Origin: a virus
Taxonomy: Duplodnaviria > Caudoviricetes
Virus record (IMG/VR): IMGVR_UViG_3300011429_000013
Span: 1-35,536 of that record
DNA: 35,536 nt
Reading direction: 5' to 3' (one strand)
The notes under the pieces are model-generated. The model had not been told where the DNA came from, made no database searches, and saw only the letters and a list, made by a program, of their open reading frames with translations. The first letter of the stretch is position 1. Every line of letters starts with the position of its first letter. The translations under genes and the position numbers were made by a program. Positions 18,179 through 28,366 of the stretch are shown here, piece after piece.

Positions 18179-20194
18179 CTACTGGAAAACAGGGGTACGA
18201 AGATATTCTTGCCAATCAATCTGGGAAATATCAACTACAGTCTCAAACGGCTCCAATGATCCGTAGCTGTCGCCTACTTCGATGTCAGTCAAGAAAGGCA
18301 CTCCAAAGATGTCAAAACCTTCCATGACACTTGCCAGGACTGGAGCGGCAACATCGATAAATTCCTCTTTAATCTCGAACAGAGCTTCGTCGTGAATGAT
18401 TGAAATCAAATAGCCCCATCCTGTCGCTGTAAGCACTTGATCGGCCCGCGTGAGTACAACTGCCAGAAAATCCCCCGCGCCGCCCTGAATGATGGCGTTG
18501 ATGCCTTTGTAGGCTTCTGAGGGGAAGTAGGGGAACCAGTAGCGACCGGACCAGTAACGAATACCCCCATCAACTTCGATTTCTCTCATGGTTCTCTGAA
18601 ACCAGGGCTGAAGTCCCCTGAAAGTCCCAAAGAATTGTGCCTTCACTTCGACAGCATTGGCATCGATGCTATGTTTGTTATAGTGTTCCTGAAGACTCTC
18701 GTCACTCATTCCATAACAGATACCAAAGACAGTTGCTTTTGACCACTCCCGATGCTGTTTATTTTTTTCTTTTCCACAGTCACCCCATACCTGAATGGCA
18801 ATAGCCATGTGAATGTCTTGACGTTCGGCCATGAATTTCAGGAGAGTGGGTTCCCCAGAGAGAATGGCTAAGAGTCGGGCTTCTTGCTGCTTATGGTCAA
18901 CACTGACGATTTTGTAGCCAGGTCTACTGCACAAGGAGCGACGTAGGTTATAGCCTCCAACGCGCTCGCTCCCACCTGTATAGGCAGATTCCAAATTATA
19001 TTTTCGGTATCTTGCGGCGAGTTGTTGTAGGTTAGGATCAGAGCAAGACAGCCTTCCGGTAATAGCTCCTGTGGGATTGAAACTTGCATGTAGGTAGCCC
19101 TCTCTGTCACGTAAAATTAAATATTTTTCCGCATATTCCTTGAGCTTAATTGTTTCACGTAGGTCGATGATCGTTGTCTTGAGTGGGTGATCATGCTTGA
19201 CCAGTAGCGGCGTACCCGTTGCCGTTTTTGTATATATTTTCGCTGCCGGTGTCTTCTTTGGGACTCCCCAATCATCCACGAAAGGATTTTTAGGTTTGTC
19301 GATTCCAAGAGACTCATAAATCGCATCAGAGAGTTGGTTTGAGCTACGATAATCGAACGTATAACCCACAGCATCAAAAAGATCGCGCTCAAGACTGACA
19401 ATGTTTCGATCAAACTCTGCGATAGCGTCATGACAAAATTTTTCCTCTACACGGAAACCACGCCACTCTATTTTTTGCAGTAGTCTCAAATATTTCATCT
19501 GGACAGTCAGAAACTTAGCCAAGTCCATCTCACGAATTTTGGGCATGAGTGTCTCGGCCAGTTGGTAGGTCACAACACAATCATTGGTACAATAATCTTC
19601 GAGAACTTTTTCCCCCCACATCCAGGGCATTTTCCCAAATCGTTTGTCTGCTTCGGAAACGTGCGCTCGCTTCGAGTCGGAAGATAAAAATTTATTTTCT
19701 GCTGAAGCGAGTGATTTCCTCAGTCGGCAGTCTACTAAGTGGGTCAGAATTGCTGTGTCCATAATCAGACACGGTATTTCCCACAGCTTCAGTCCCAAAA
19801 AGTGAGCATCAAACTTGAGGTTATGACCGATCAGAAGTGTGTGAGGGTCTTGGACAATCTCCCAGACAGCCGGAAGAAAGTGGGCCGCCCTGATTGGTTC
19901 AGGAGTGGCTTGGATGGCTGTCTCGAAAAAAATTCTTTCTTCCATCACGCGACGGCCGCGCTTGGATTTAGAGAAATCCATCTGCCCCAACCACTCTGTT
20001 TTGTGTTTGGCCTTCCCCCAATCGATTGTGTCATAGCGACAAAGATGGGCATAGCCGGAAACCCCTGCCTTTGGACAGTGAATTCCAATGCCGATAATGC
20101 CATCCGAATACCAGTGAAGTCCGGTTGTCTCGGTGTCGATGGCAACGGGCAATCCCTTACAGGCTAAAATATCTTCACGAAGTAGGAGTGTCAT
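18179..20194 (-). CDS. polA: Family A DNA polymerase with 3'-5' exonuclease
   Basis: DTETTG, HNLKFD, Y..ND; TGRLS..PNLQ, D.KQQE.R, R..K...FG..YG and IHDE. Confidence 0.95.
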   Translation of the reverse strand: MTLLLREDILACKGLPVAIDTETTGLHWYSDGIIGIGIHCPKAGVSGYAHLCRYDTIDWGKAKHKTEWLGQMDFSKSKRGRRVMEERIFFETAIQATPEPIRAAHFLPAVWEIVQDPHTLLIGHNLKFDAHFLGLKLWEIPCLIMDTAILTHLVDCRLRKSLASAENKFLSSDSKRAHVSEADKRFGKMPWMWGEKVLEDYCTNDCVVTYQLAETLMPKIREMDLAKFLTVQMKYLRLLQKIEWRGFRVEEKFCHDAIAEFDRNIVSLERDLFDAVGYTFDYRSSNQLSDAIYESLGIDKPKNPFVDDWGVPKKTPAAKIYTKTATGTPLLVKHDHPLKTTIIDLRETIKLKEYAEKYLILRDREGYLHASFNPTGAITGRLSCSDPNLQQLAARYRKYNLESAYTGGSERVGGYNLRRSLCSRPGYKIVSVDHKQQEARLLAILSGEPTLLKFMAERQDIHMAIAIQVWGDCGKEKNKQHREWSKATVFGICYGMSDESLQEHYNKHSIDANAVEVKAQFFGTFRGLQPWFQRTMREIEVDGGIRYWSGRYWFPYFPSEAYKGINAIIQGGAGDFLAVVLTRADQVLTATGWGYLISIIHDEALFEIKEEFIDVAAPVLASVMEGFDIFGVPFLTDIEVGDSYGSLEPFETVVDISQIDWQEYLRTPVFQ

Positions 20195-20197
20195 TGA

Positions 20198-20386
20198 TTA
20201 TCTCCACAGAACAATCACAGTAATCTTCTTGTAGCCAAGAAATTCACCCTTCTCCCACTCGCTCTCATCAATTTCTTCCTGTAGTACATCATAGACTTGC
20301 AGTGGGCCTAGCGAAACATCCCCAATATAGACAGGCATTTCTGAAGGCATAACCTTCAACCGCTCAATCAGTTCTTTAACCGTCAT
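20198..20386 (-). CDS. Hypothetical protein
   Basis: MTVKELIERL start, common in small phage genes. Confidence 0.6.
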   Translation of the reverse strand: MTVKELIERLKVMPSEMPVYIGDVSLGPLQVYDVLQEEIDESEWEKGEFLGYKKITVIVLWR

Positions 20387-20561
20387 TCCTGTGCCGCCAC
20401 TTCTGCCCCGACTAAAGCAATAGCCAGCCCCCAATGAACAGGTGATTCCTTCATTTTTTGACGAAGATCATCAGCACATTTCTTAACTTCAGCTTTATCT
20501 TCATCAGGCAATGTCTCGATAAAGCCCATAATTATAAATTTTGTTTCTTCGTGTGGAGTCA

Positions 20562-20807
20562 TTAGCTTGTCCTAAAAATATCAATTGGGGTCACTGTCCA
20601 ACCCTTTCTCCCGCCCCACTGAAGTCTCATGTACTCGTACATCTCCGGATTGTATTGCTCGATCCAAGATTCTCGCCCCTCTTTCTCAAAGAGATACCAG
20701 CGATGATTGGCATCTGGCTCTACTTTGAGAGTTTGGCGCTGCTGAAACTGCTCGATCAATCCTTGCATTGCCTCATAGTCTTCTTTTAATTCACTTGTTC
20801 TGTCCAT
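20562..20807 (-). CDS. Hypothetical protein
   Basis: Packed gene run. Confidence 0.55.
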   Translation of the reverse strand: MDRTSELKEDYEAMQGLIEQFQQRQTLKVEPDANHRWYLFEKEGRESWIEQYNPEMYEYMRLQWGGRKGWTVTPIDIFRTS

Positions 20808-21183
20808 CGCTCACTATAATCCCTTTCTGAGCCAGCCACCATGAAGCCATTGTCGCTGCATCTCTAGCGTGTTGCCCTGGAATTTCGACTCGTCCGATCA
20901 ATCCCTTCCACTGAACGGGCTTAATCATTTCGACTGGATAACTGGCAATGTTAAACCACTGTGTGATGTGTGAGTGAATCGCCATCATTTCTGACGTCAC
21001 ATTATTCATCGGCAAAGATTCGATTAGGGTGATGTCGGGCTTGGCAATCGAGGTCAGACAATTAAAAAATCCGTTGCGATGAAGTCCTCTGCGGGTAACT
21101 CCCATCGCACACTCCAAATTGCCGTCATCGTCGTAGATAGCGACTCCTGTAGTAAAGCCTGGATCGATAGAAAGTACACGCAT
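20791..21183 (-). CDS. RuvC-like Holliday junction resolvase
   Basis: IDPG..TG, LIE, P.QWK and HARDA motifs. Confidence 0.85.
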   Translation of the reverse strand: MRVLSIDPGFTTGVAIYDDDGNLECAMGVTRRGLHRNGFFNCLTSIAKPDITLIESLPMNNVTSEMMAIHSHITQWFNIASYPVEMIKPVQWKGLIGRVEIPGQHARDAATMASWWLAQKGIIVSDGQNK

Positions 21184-21419
21184 TATTGGACTTCCTGGTG
21201 TGTGATCGTTACTTCGATAGGGATTGAAATATCAATCCAGCGACCCTGAAATAGAAGTTGATGGTGACTGTCGAGAGAGAACCCCAATGCCCCAAAAGCC
21301 TTTGCACCCAACATCAGGAGATTGTGGCCGACTGTGCCGTGCGCCAGATTCTCCGCATAAAAAAGGCAATGTTGGATTTCTTTTAGTTCTCTGGTATCTG
21401 CAACAAAACTTTTATTCAT
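21183..21419 (-). CDS. Hypothetical protein
   Basis: AGGAG RBS before MNKSF. Confidence 0.6.
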   Translation of the reverse strand: MNKSFVADTRELKEIQHCLFYAENLAHGTVGHNLLMLGAKAFGALGFSLDSHHQLLFQGRWIDISIPIEVTITHQEVQ

Positions 21420-21436
21420 TTTTTCTCCTAGAATTT

Positions 21437-21634
21437 TTAAGGCTTGAATATCATAGGTTGAATAGCTATATGCCAATCATAATCATCTGAGTTGTCACAC
21501 GTTTGGTAGACCAATGGCCCTGCCAGTACGTAACCTTCTTCTAAATACTGATTAACATCTATCTCAATGTAATCGAGAACAGAGTCAAGGCTATCGCCTA
21601 GTCTACGAACCAAAATATATTTTTTATTTTCCAT
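21437..21634 (-). CDS. Hypothetical protein (DUF1737-like)
   Basis: VN.YL.EGY.L.G...Q.M pattern; AGGAG RBS. Confidence 0.6.
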   Translation of the reverse strand: MENKKYILVRRLGDSLDSVLDYIEIDVNQYLEEGYVLAGPLVYQTCDNSDDYDWHIAIQPMIFKP

Positions 21635-21669
21635 TTCTGTGTTTCTCCTTAAAATTTTTCCTCTGATCA

Positions 21670-21699
21670 GGGTTGCCCTATCAACCGATAGGGCAACCC
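21670..21699. terminator. Perfect 13-bp hairpin after the SSB gene (terminator or stabiliser)
   Basis: GGGTTGCCCTATC-aacc-GATAGGGCAACCC; no clear U-tract. Confidence 0.55.
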
Positions 21700-21742
21700 A
21701 ACTTCATCTCTAAATCAGTCTTACTCTAGTTTCATCCCACCC

Positions 21743-22252
21743 CTACAGAGGCATTCGTTCCTCAGAACTCAGTTCAGGTGCGTTCGACTTGGTACGGTTA
21801 CGAGCATTTGCCTTCGCACCGGAATCGGTCGCCATTGGCTCGGCTGTGCCGCCCGCTTCTGCTTCCTTCGCAATCAACTTCATCGCCTTCGCGTCACTCA
21901 AATACGCCTTGACCTTGTTGCGGTCTTCGTCATTCCACTCAGAAATCTCCAAACGAACATAGACCGTTTTACCAGGAAGCCAGGTTTCCGGATCGATGTC
22001 AACGTTGGCTGGAGCTTCAAGCGCATCCATCAACTGATTCCAACGCCACTCGGCAGCCTCAGTCATTGTCAGATAATCCATGACGACATTGCCCGCAGCA
22101 CGGCCATTCTTGAGAATCGCCAACTGTACCTTGATCTGCTCATTGCCGGAACTCTGTGCAGTTGTCACTTCCGCGTCCGTGATTTCTGCCTGGTAGATAC
22201 CGTCTTTGTGGAGATTTCCCCCACGCGAGCCAGTGTTAAACGTCTTAGCCAT
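21743..22252 (-). CDS. Single-stranded DNA-binding protein (DUF669-like)
   Basis: G.Y.A.I..AE...SGN...; follows the Sak4-like ATPase. Confidence 0.8.
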   Translation of the reverse strand: MAKTFNTGSRGGNLHKDGIYQAEITDAEVTTAQSSGNEQIKVQLAILKNGRAAGNVVMDYLTMTEAAEWRWNQLMDALEAPANVDIDPETWLPGKTVYVRLEISEWNDEDRNKVKAYLSDAKAMKLIAKEAEAGGTAEPMATDSGAKANARNRTKSNAPELSSEERMPL

Positions 22253-22253
22253 C

Positions 22254-23120
22254 TTACTTACCTTTCATATTTTCCATTAAAGCATCAAAACTGTTGGGAA
22301 TATCCCGATCTACAATCCCCAGACGATCTTTTGCCAGATAGTCAGCGGTCATGCGAAAACTGACATAATGTTCACTGGTTCCATTGGGCATTCGCTTGGC
22401 GAAGCAGTATCCGATCATGTCCATCATGCGCTGCACATCCGGCCCTACTTGTTTCCCGACAAACTTCGGCGCAATCTGTAAAGCCCCTTCGTCGCCAAAT
22501 TCCTTCTGGCTGGACGCTGCTGTAAAGACCACATGATAAGGGAGCTTAAGAAAGAGCCGTACTACTTTAGCAAAGTCTCGATTGGCTTTGCCATAATCGG
22601 CAAGGGTCATCTGATCGTCGTATTGACGTGTGACCTTCCGAAACTTGCCGACAACATACGATGTTACCAAAAGCTGCAACTCATTGAGCGAGTCGATTAC
22701 GATTGTCTCGAACTGTGGGTTTTTGTCCGCCACGATAGCGTTATAAAAATCCACGACTTGCGGGTAACTTTTGATGTCTTCACTTGGATTCTTAGGGTAT
22801 CTCAGAACAGGTCCAACTCGCCTGGTACTGAGCATCCCACCTTCCAAATCGAGAAAAAGAGGTTTTGGAAAAGTTGCCGCCATTGTTGTTTTGCCAGTTC
22901 CTGCTACACCATAGAGCAGAACCTTGAAACGCTTGGCAGCAATGCTACTGTCCCAAGTACCAAAAGAACCGCCTTCTTCTTCCTCATCATCTTCTTCGTC
23001 AACTCTCTCGAACTTGCCTTCTTCTGTCTCGTTTTCTGTGGCATCTAGCTCATCTTCTGTCCCTTCTCCTTCTGTGTTTTCCTGTTCATCGACTTCGTTT
23101 TCCTTCACTACATCACTCAT
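22254..23120 (-). CDS. AAA_24/Sak4-like recombination ATPase with acidic N-terminal tail
   Basis: YGVAGTGKTT, DLEGG, VIDS, AKDR; start reassigned to MSDVV (GGAG RBS, just after the promoter). Confidence 0.88.
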   Translation of the reverse strand: MSDVVKENEVDEQENTEGEGTEDELDATENETEEGKFERVDEEDDEEEEGGSFGTWDSSIAAKRFKVLLYGVAGTGKTTMAATFPKPLFLDLEGGMLSTRRVGPVLRYPKNPSEDIKSYPQVVDFYNAIVADKNPQFETIVIDSLNELQLLVTSYVVGKFRKVTRQYDDQMTLADYGKANRDFAKVVRLFLKLPYHVVFTAASSQKEFGDEGALQIAPKFVGKQVGPDVQRMMDMIGYCFAKRMPNGTSEHYVSFRMTADYLAKDRLGIVDRDIPNSFDALMENMKGK

Positions 23121-23135
23121 TTGTTCTACTCCTTG

Positions 23136-23181
23136 ATTATAAAAACAACCCGCCCCAAAATCCACTATGCGACCTAATAAG
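23136..23181 (-). promoter_or_regulatory. Box-associated promoter for the Sak4/SSB operon
   Basis: CTTATTAGGTCGCATAGT abutting weak -35 TGGATT-17bp-TATAAT. Confidence 0.75.
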
Positions 23182-23359
23182 ATTTAAGAGAGATAAATCG
23201 TATAGGCCCAATTAGAATAGATTCGCTGGCAAGAACCCTTATCCAGCGGGTAGGTAAAAACAGCTTGCTTCTTTTCCTCATCGATTTTTTGCTCGATAGG
23301 TTCCGGCAACATCGACTCATGAATATGGTTCATAAAGAATTTTTTAATTTTTTCTTCGG

Positions 23360-24124
23360 TCATCTTGTCGATACTCCTTTGGTATAAGGGTCATCAATAC
23401 ATTTGCGATAGAAGGAGCAATCCCAACAACAGTCCTTTGTCCAGTTGGGATAAATCGGCAGTGTTCCCCGCTGTGCCTTTCTCATCTCTTTGATCTGGGG
23501 AGCAAGGCTATCCAAATAGGTCTGGACAAAATAATCGGGACGCCCTACCTGCTGCCGCAATGCAATCTCTTTGGTCTGTCCAGTTTCCAAGTTGATAATG
23601 TTATAGATTAGACCGGCAACTCTCAATCCTTTGAGTCGAGCCAAAGCAATGTATTGGCTGACTTGGGGATCAACTTCCAGGTTGGCAAAGGAATGGGACT
23701 TCTGGAACTTATGATCGACTATCCATAGCTGGCCGTTCTTACGAACGAGTAAATCCCAAATTCCCATCAGCTTGATCCCGTTGTACTCCGCTTCGACAGT
23801 TTCCTCAACCATCTCGACTTTCCAAAGATCATTCACCGCTGCCCACTTAAAGTAACGGGTCAGAAGAAAATCGAGATCGCTCATGTAGCCAAAGCCCTTT
23901 TCGGAGGCTGCCCCGTAGGACTCCCAGGCGTGCGCTACAGCCTCTTTGATGGGAGAACCACGATAGTAGGCCGCCATAGCCAAATGCGCCGCTGCGCCCC
24001 GCCGTAAGGCTCTGGCGGAACCGCTCGATTCCTGCTTATCCACATATTGCCAATGGTACTTTAGGCGGCAGCGTTTGAAGGTTGTAAGACGTGTGTTGGA
24101 GTATGCAACCGACTTTCTGGGCAT
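23360..24124 (-). CDS. Cas4/RecB-like PD-(D/E)XK exonuclease
   Basis: F.RC..KY, G...H, GIWD, VDHK, Q..QY and C.WDC.F...C motifs. Confidence 0.85.
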   Translation of the reverse strand: MPRKSVAYSNTRLTTFKRCRLKYHWQYVDKQESSGSARALRRGAAAHLAMAAYYRGSPIKEAVAHAWESYGAASEKGFGYMSDLDFLLTRYFKWAAVNDLWKVEMVEETVEAEYNGIKLMGIWDLLVRKNGQLWIVDHKFQKSHSFANLEVDPQVSQYIALARLKGLRVAGLIYNIINLETGQTKEIALRQQVGRPDYFVQTYLDSLAPQIKEMRKAQRGTLPIYPNWTKDCCWDCSFYRKCIDDPYTKGVSTR

Positions 24125-24166
24125 TCTGTCTTCTTTCTCTGTGTCGGTGAAAAAAATTTTATTTTT

Positions 24167-24613
24167 CTACTTTATTTGGATACGATGTGTCTCGATTGTC
24201 GGGTCAAGATAGACTTCGTAGAACCTATAAGAGAAGCCATAGTATACCGCAATTGCAAAACTTTGTCGAGCGTTTGGTTTCTGTCGAACCTTCTCAGCCA
24301 CAATCAAACCGACCATTAAATTGTCTATGGATCGCCCGATCACAACCAGTACATCCCGATCAGAATCATAGTCAGCCAAAGCCAGTTCGAGCTTGGCCCG
24401 TACAACATCGGTATGATCTGCAAAGCCATCGATACAGACAATCACGTCCTCACAAAAAGGCTTTAGAGTCGAATAATCCGCCCCTGCCTTGAAAGCAAAG
24501 GCTTTACGGAATTGCTTCTTCTCATCTGGATTCTCCAGCCGACGCCGCATAAGCTCCTGGCGATGGGCATCTTCGTCTGACATATTTTGAATACGTTGCT
24601 GCTGAAAACTCAT
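24167..24613 (-). CDS. Small alpha/beta (Rossmann-like) phage protein
   Basis: GGGGA RBS before MSFQQ; DYDSDRDVLVVIG. Confidence 0.6.
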   Translation of the reverse strand: MSFQQQRIQNMSDEDAHRQELMRRRLENPDEKKQFRKAFAFKAGADYSTLKPFCEDVIVCIDGFADHTDVVRAKLELALADYDSDRDVLVVIGRSIDNLMVGLIVAEKVRQKPNARQSFAIAVYYGFSYRFYEVYLDPTIETHRIQIK

Positions 24614-24684
24614 TTTTTCTTCCCCTGTATCCACTTCGATAACGAGAGTAGGTTCATCTACCCCGTAGGCGACAACTGATCTTT

Positions 24685-24885
24685 TCATTCATTCACCCTT
24701 TCCCATACTTCCACTATAGCATATTGCTCGCCCCACAACCCCATACTTTCGATTACTTGCTCACATTGTTCTTTTGTCTCTAGTTCGTCCACCGGAACAA
24801 AGACTGAGCCAAACACATAATTGGCTGAGTAAGTGTTGTAGTATTCTTTCTTCAACTCAAAAATTTTGTAAGTTTTTTTAATCAT
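24685..24885 (-). CDS. Hypothetical protein
   Basis: ATGA overlap with the helicase stop. Confidence 0.6.
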   Translation of the reverse strand: MIKKTYKIFELKKEYYNTYSANYVFGSVFVPVDELETKEQCEQVIESMGLWGEQYAIVEVWERVNE

Positions 24886-26576
24886 TTTTTCGGCCCAAAA
24901 AGTTTCTTCAAATCGGCTGCCGTTACCCGCTTGATCATTCCAACACGGTAATCAAGTGTGGAATGAATAAGATGATCGATGGTTTGTCCGCCAGTATTGG
25001 TAACAGATCGCATATTGACAATAATTGGCGATTGCGTAGTTCCGATTCTTCGATTTCGGTGGAGGCATTGAAAATAACTGTCGTCATACATGCGTTCAAC
25101 AAAGAAGGCTGTTCGACCTTTAGTGAGGGTAAACCCAAACTTTCCCACCTGATTGTTAAGGATGATGGCATCGAGTTCCTCCCTCTGAAAAGCATCAACC
25201 ATTTTGTTACGGTCTTCCATCTTGGTAGAGCCATTGGCGAGAGCCACATTCATGCCCATTTTGCCAAACTTATCTCGAAGCGCCAGTCCGGTTTCGATGA
25301 AATTTACCCAGACAATATAGGGACCAGGATAGATGTTCATCAATTCTGGGACAGCATCCCATTTTCCGGCTGAGTCAACTCCCCCGACCAGAAGGGGGTT
25401 TGATGCTACCTGGACGGACCGGATCATCAAAGCCAAATGGTTGCCGACTGTGATGACCTGGTTCGGGTCTACCGATTCCAACCGAATATAGAGTTCACTC
25501 CGTAATGTTTCATAGGCTTCATCCTGAGCCGGAAGCATAGGAATATCGATGTCTTCCATGATCCAGTCAGGAATGTCGGCCACATCGTCCTGAGTGCGAG
25601 AAAAATAAATATCAGCAAAATTATTTTTTATTTTTTTCTCGGCTCCTGGAATATTTCCAATAACCTTACTGCCCCACACATCGTCATCGACCAGGCAATA
25701 GCTTCGAGTGAATCGCCAGTAACTCGGATAGCCTTGAGGCTTCAGAATATGAAACTGATGCCACATATCATCTAGGTTTTTAGTTGCCGGTGCGCCCGTC
25801 AGAAACCAGACTGTTTCGAAGTTCTTAGCCAGGTCTTTCATGGCCTGAGATCGCTGAGATTCACGGTGCTTATACATGATCGATTCATCGACAATCATGC
25901 AATCGAAAGGCATAGCCCCCAATTCTTTCTGATACTTGGCGGCTGTCTCTGGATTGGTGATGATCCATTGTTGCTGATACTCAGGGAAAACAGTTACATT
26001 CTCTAATTGGCCTAGTTTTCGATGCCAAATATAGGCGAATGGAGCGAGCGGTATATCCGCCTTCCATTTCTCCAACTCGCCCTTCCAGTAAAACAAAAGG
26101 GAGGCGGGACAGACAACCAGAATCGTATGGAACCCTCTTAATCCGGCTGCGAAGGCAGAAGTGAGGGTCTTACCCAAGCCAGGGGAAAGAGAAAGCATGG
26201 CTCGATCTCTCGGATAGAGAAACCTAGCCCCGTCCTGTTGCCAGTCAAAGAGAGCCGAAGCCTTCAACTCTTTGTCGATAGGCGACATAAAATCCGGCAA
26301 AAGCTCTGCCGCTTCTGTTACCCACTTCACCACTCTATCTGTGGGCAAATATCGAAGTTGAGTTTCTTCCATGCTATAAAAATTCTCCAGAGTCGCTGTC
26401 GCCTGGAGAACATCTTTGCAATCCCGAACCGGATGCCAGTTTGTGTTCTTAGCTAGAAATTTCACCCTGGGATCGCCAGGATTGAAAGGTCGAAAAACCA
26501 GAGTTGTCTTTTCCTGGTTGATGCCCAACTGCCCTAGCTCGATTAGTTTGGCTAATACTTTGATGGTGTAGGTCAT
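24882..26576 (-). CDS. SNF2-family helicase
   Basis: PGLGKT, VVCPA, VDES, LTGAP and Q...R..RIG motifs. Confidence 0.9.
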   Translation of the reverse strand: MTYTIKVLAKLIELGQLGINQEKTTLVFRPFNPGDPRVKFLAKNTNWHPVRDCKDVLQATATLENFYSMEETQLRYLPTDRVVKWVTEAAELLPDFMSPIDKELKASALFDWQQDGARFLYPRDRAMLSLSPGLGKTLTSAFAAGLRGFHTILVVCPASLLFYWKGELEKWKADIPLAPFAYIWHRKLGQLENVTVFPEYQQQWIITNPETAAKYQKELGAMPFDCMIVDESIMYKHRESQRSQAMKDLAKNFETVWFLTGAPATKNLDDMWHQFHILKPQGYPSYWRFTRSYCLVDDDVWGSKVIGNIPGAEKKIKNNFADIYFSRTQDDVADIPDWIMEDIDIPMLPAQDEAYETLRSELYIRLESVDPNQVITVGNHLALMIRSVQVASNPLLVGGVDSAGKWDAVPELMNIYPGPYIVWVNFIETGLALRDKFGKMGMNVALANGSTKMEDRNKMVDAFQREELDAIILNNQVGKFGFTLTKGRTAFFVERMYDDSYFQCLHRNRRIGTTQSPIIVNMRSVTNTGGQTIDHLIHSTLDYRVGMIKRVTAADLKKLFGPKK

Positions 26577-26621
26577 AAATTTTAATTTTTTCTTTCTGTA
26601 GAATCTTTTTCTGTGTGGACA

Positions 26622-26649
26622 GTAGAGGGAAGTCTGACCTTCCCTCTAC
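26622..26649. terminator. 11-bp hairpin downstream of the Ro60 gene
   Basis: GTAGAGGGAAG-tctgac-CTTCCCTCTAC; weak U-tract. Confidence 0.5.
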
Positions 26650-26689
26650 CTTGTTAGTCCGCGTCCTTGAGTCCCTGGCAATCTCTATC

Positions 26690-28000
26690 TTACATCTGTT
26701 CTTTCTCAGACTCAACTATGTAACCGAATATGTTCTCACTCATTCCATCGAAGTGAGTCCACTTCCCATAGCCGACACCGTTGCGGTGAGAGGCAACATT
26801 GATCATATAGCCCTTGCCTTTTGGATCGCCTACAGTGTCATGGCTCTGCTCATCGGTGACGACAATCAAGCGGTCATAGCTGCGAAGGTTCATCTCTCGA
26901 ACCGCTGCACCAAGCTCCGTCCCGCCGCGTGGTGAACCGATAGCATCGCGGAGGGCAAAACCATGTCGATTAGGTATGGTGTTGATTTTGTTTTCGAAGG
27001 TGAAAACTTCCACTTCTTCACACATCTCACGACCAACCATCGCCACACCACAAGCCGCATCGATACGCTTCATATCAGACTTACCGGAAAGCTCCATATT
27101 CATCGAACCAGAGACATCGACCAGAATGACTGTACGGCCAGACAGCTTCTTGGCATCCGACAACATCAACAGCATCTTGCTCTCCAGAACATCGGAAAGG
27201 TGGGGCGCATAGCGTTCTGCGGCGATAAAGCGAAAAGGCAAGAGTCGATAAGTTGACATCTCACGAATGGCTTCCGCAATCAAATAACGACTCACACCCG
27301 CTTGTTCCATGTTGCGGAGATTACGCAGCAAGGCCAATGCACCTAACTTCTTCTCAGTCAAGAGACGAACCCACTTGGTCATCTTGTCAATCCCATCGTT
27401 CCGGCTCAACTCGACTTCCCAGGTATCGGGAGTCTCTAATTCACCGGCAATGGCCCGCTTCCACAGCGATGACTGAGCCTCATCCTTTGGCTCAGGGTGA
27501 ACAATGCGAAAAACATCACGCAACTTCACCGCCCCTTCACGGTCATACTTTGCCAACGCATACTCATCAAACTTACGAACTGCCACATCCAAGCCCTTAC
27601 GGACAGAGTGGGCGACCGGAACCTTGCCATCCTTCCAATACATAGCGAGAAATTCCGCCACTTCATCGGCACGCTGCACAACACGACCGAGCGTTTCCGC
27701 CACGAATGGTTTGTGGGAAGTGTGGCGCGCCATCTCACGAACAATGTAGAGAGGCGCGTGGCGCAACTTCATCTGTTCGCGTGCTTCGATAGCCATTGCC
27801 GCCACCTTCGCCGGAGCGACCTGTGGGACAAGCTCTGCGAGACGATCCGCGATGGTCTTGCCGTCTTCATAGAATTCCTGCTCCCATAAGAGACAGGACA
27901 TCAATGAACGCCGCAACATCTTCTCGGCGTTGATATTCACCGCACGCCCGCCTTCATGGGTAACTAACTTCTCTCGCTTTACCGGAGTATTGGTCTTCAT
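26690..28000 (-). CDS. rsr: Ro60/Rsr ribonucleoprotein (TROVE + vWA)
   Basis: THEGG, LWE..FYEDG, MKLRHAP, QRADE, FDEYALAKY, TPDTWE, ALLRNLRN, LPFRF, DVSGSM, GGT and TDEQ motifs. Confidence 0.95.
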   Translation of the reverse strand: MKTNTPVKREKLVTHEGGRAVNINAEKMLRRSLMSCLLWEQEFYEDGKTIADRLAELVPQVAPAKVAAMAIEAREQMKLRHAPLYIVREMARHTSHKPFVAETLGRVVQRADEVAEFLAMYWKDGKVPVAHSVRKGLDVAVRKFDEYALAKYDREGAVKLRDVFRIVHPEPKDEAQSSLWKRAIAGELETPDTWEVELSRNDGIDKMTKWVRLLTEKKLGALALLRNLRNMEQAGVSRYLIAEAIREMSTYRLLPFRFIAAERYAPHLSDVLESKMLLMLSDAKKLSGRTVILVDVSGSMNMELSGKSDMKRIDAACGVAMVGREMCEEVEVFTFENKINTIPNRHGFALRDAIGSPRGGTELGAAVREMNLRSYDRLIVVTDEQSHDTVGDPKGKGYMINVASHRNGVGYGKWTHFDGMSENIFGYIVESEKEQM

Positions 28001-28032
28001 TCTTTTGGCTCTCTTTCTGAGAAATTAAAAAT

Positions 28033-28062
28033 AAAAAACACGGAAAATTTTATTTTCCGTGT
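28033..28062 (-). terminator. Intrinsic terminator between the Y RNA trio and the Ro60 gene
   Basis: ACACGGAAAAT-aaa-ATTTTCCGTGT followed by TTTTT. Confidence 0.75.
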
Positions 28063-28082
28063 CCAAAACACTAAAGAGTTTA

Positions 28083-28188
28083 CTGGAGGAAACAGCGGCG
28101 AGAGTTGCCGTCTTTCGACGGTTGCCTCTTTCTTATGAGGCGGTTGGGTTTCCCCTGGCAAGAAGTAACTCTAACCATCACCATCCAG
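28083..28188 (-). ncRNA. Y RNA-like RNA 1 (multi-hairpin GNRA cargo)
   Basis: CTGGA-TGGTGA-TGGTTAGA-GTTACTTC...TTTCC-TCCAG; two GAAA tetraloops on the minus strand. Confidence 0.8.
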
Positions 28189-28203
28189 CTATTTTCTTTT
28201 AGT

Positions 28204-28279
28204 GTTGAGGGAAACGGCAGTTAGACTGGTCTAATTCCTTAACGGAATTCCGATGTATCTCTAACTATCACCACTCAAC
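28204..28279 (-). ncRNA. Y RNA-like RNA 2 (short)
   Basis: GTTGAG-TGGTGA-TAGTTAGA-GATACATC...TCTAACTG..TTTCC-CTCAAC. Confidence 0.8.
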
Positions 28280-28292
28280 TGTTATTCGGTTT

Positions 28293-28360
28293 GTCGGAGG
28301 AAATTGACGGCTGCGGTTGTATTTCTTAGCATGAAGTAGCCGCTGCCTACGCCATCCAAC
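28293..28360 (-). ncRNA. Y RNA-like RNA 3 (minimal)
   Basis: GTTGGA-TGGCGT-AGGCAGCG-GCTACTTC...TTTCC-TCCGAC; begins 6-7 nt after a -10 element. Confidence 0.8.
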
Positions 28361-28366
28361 GTCACT

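Noticed and set aside
23360-24124. Cas4-like gene as part of a CRISPR system
   Set aside because: It lies with Sak4, SSB and SNF2 in a standard phage recombination module.
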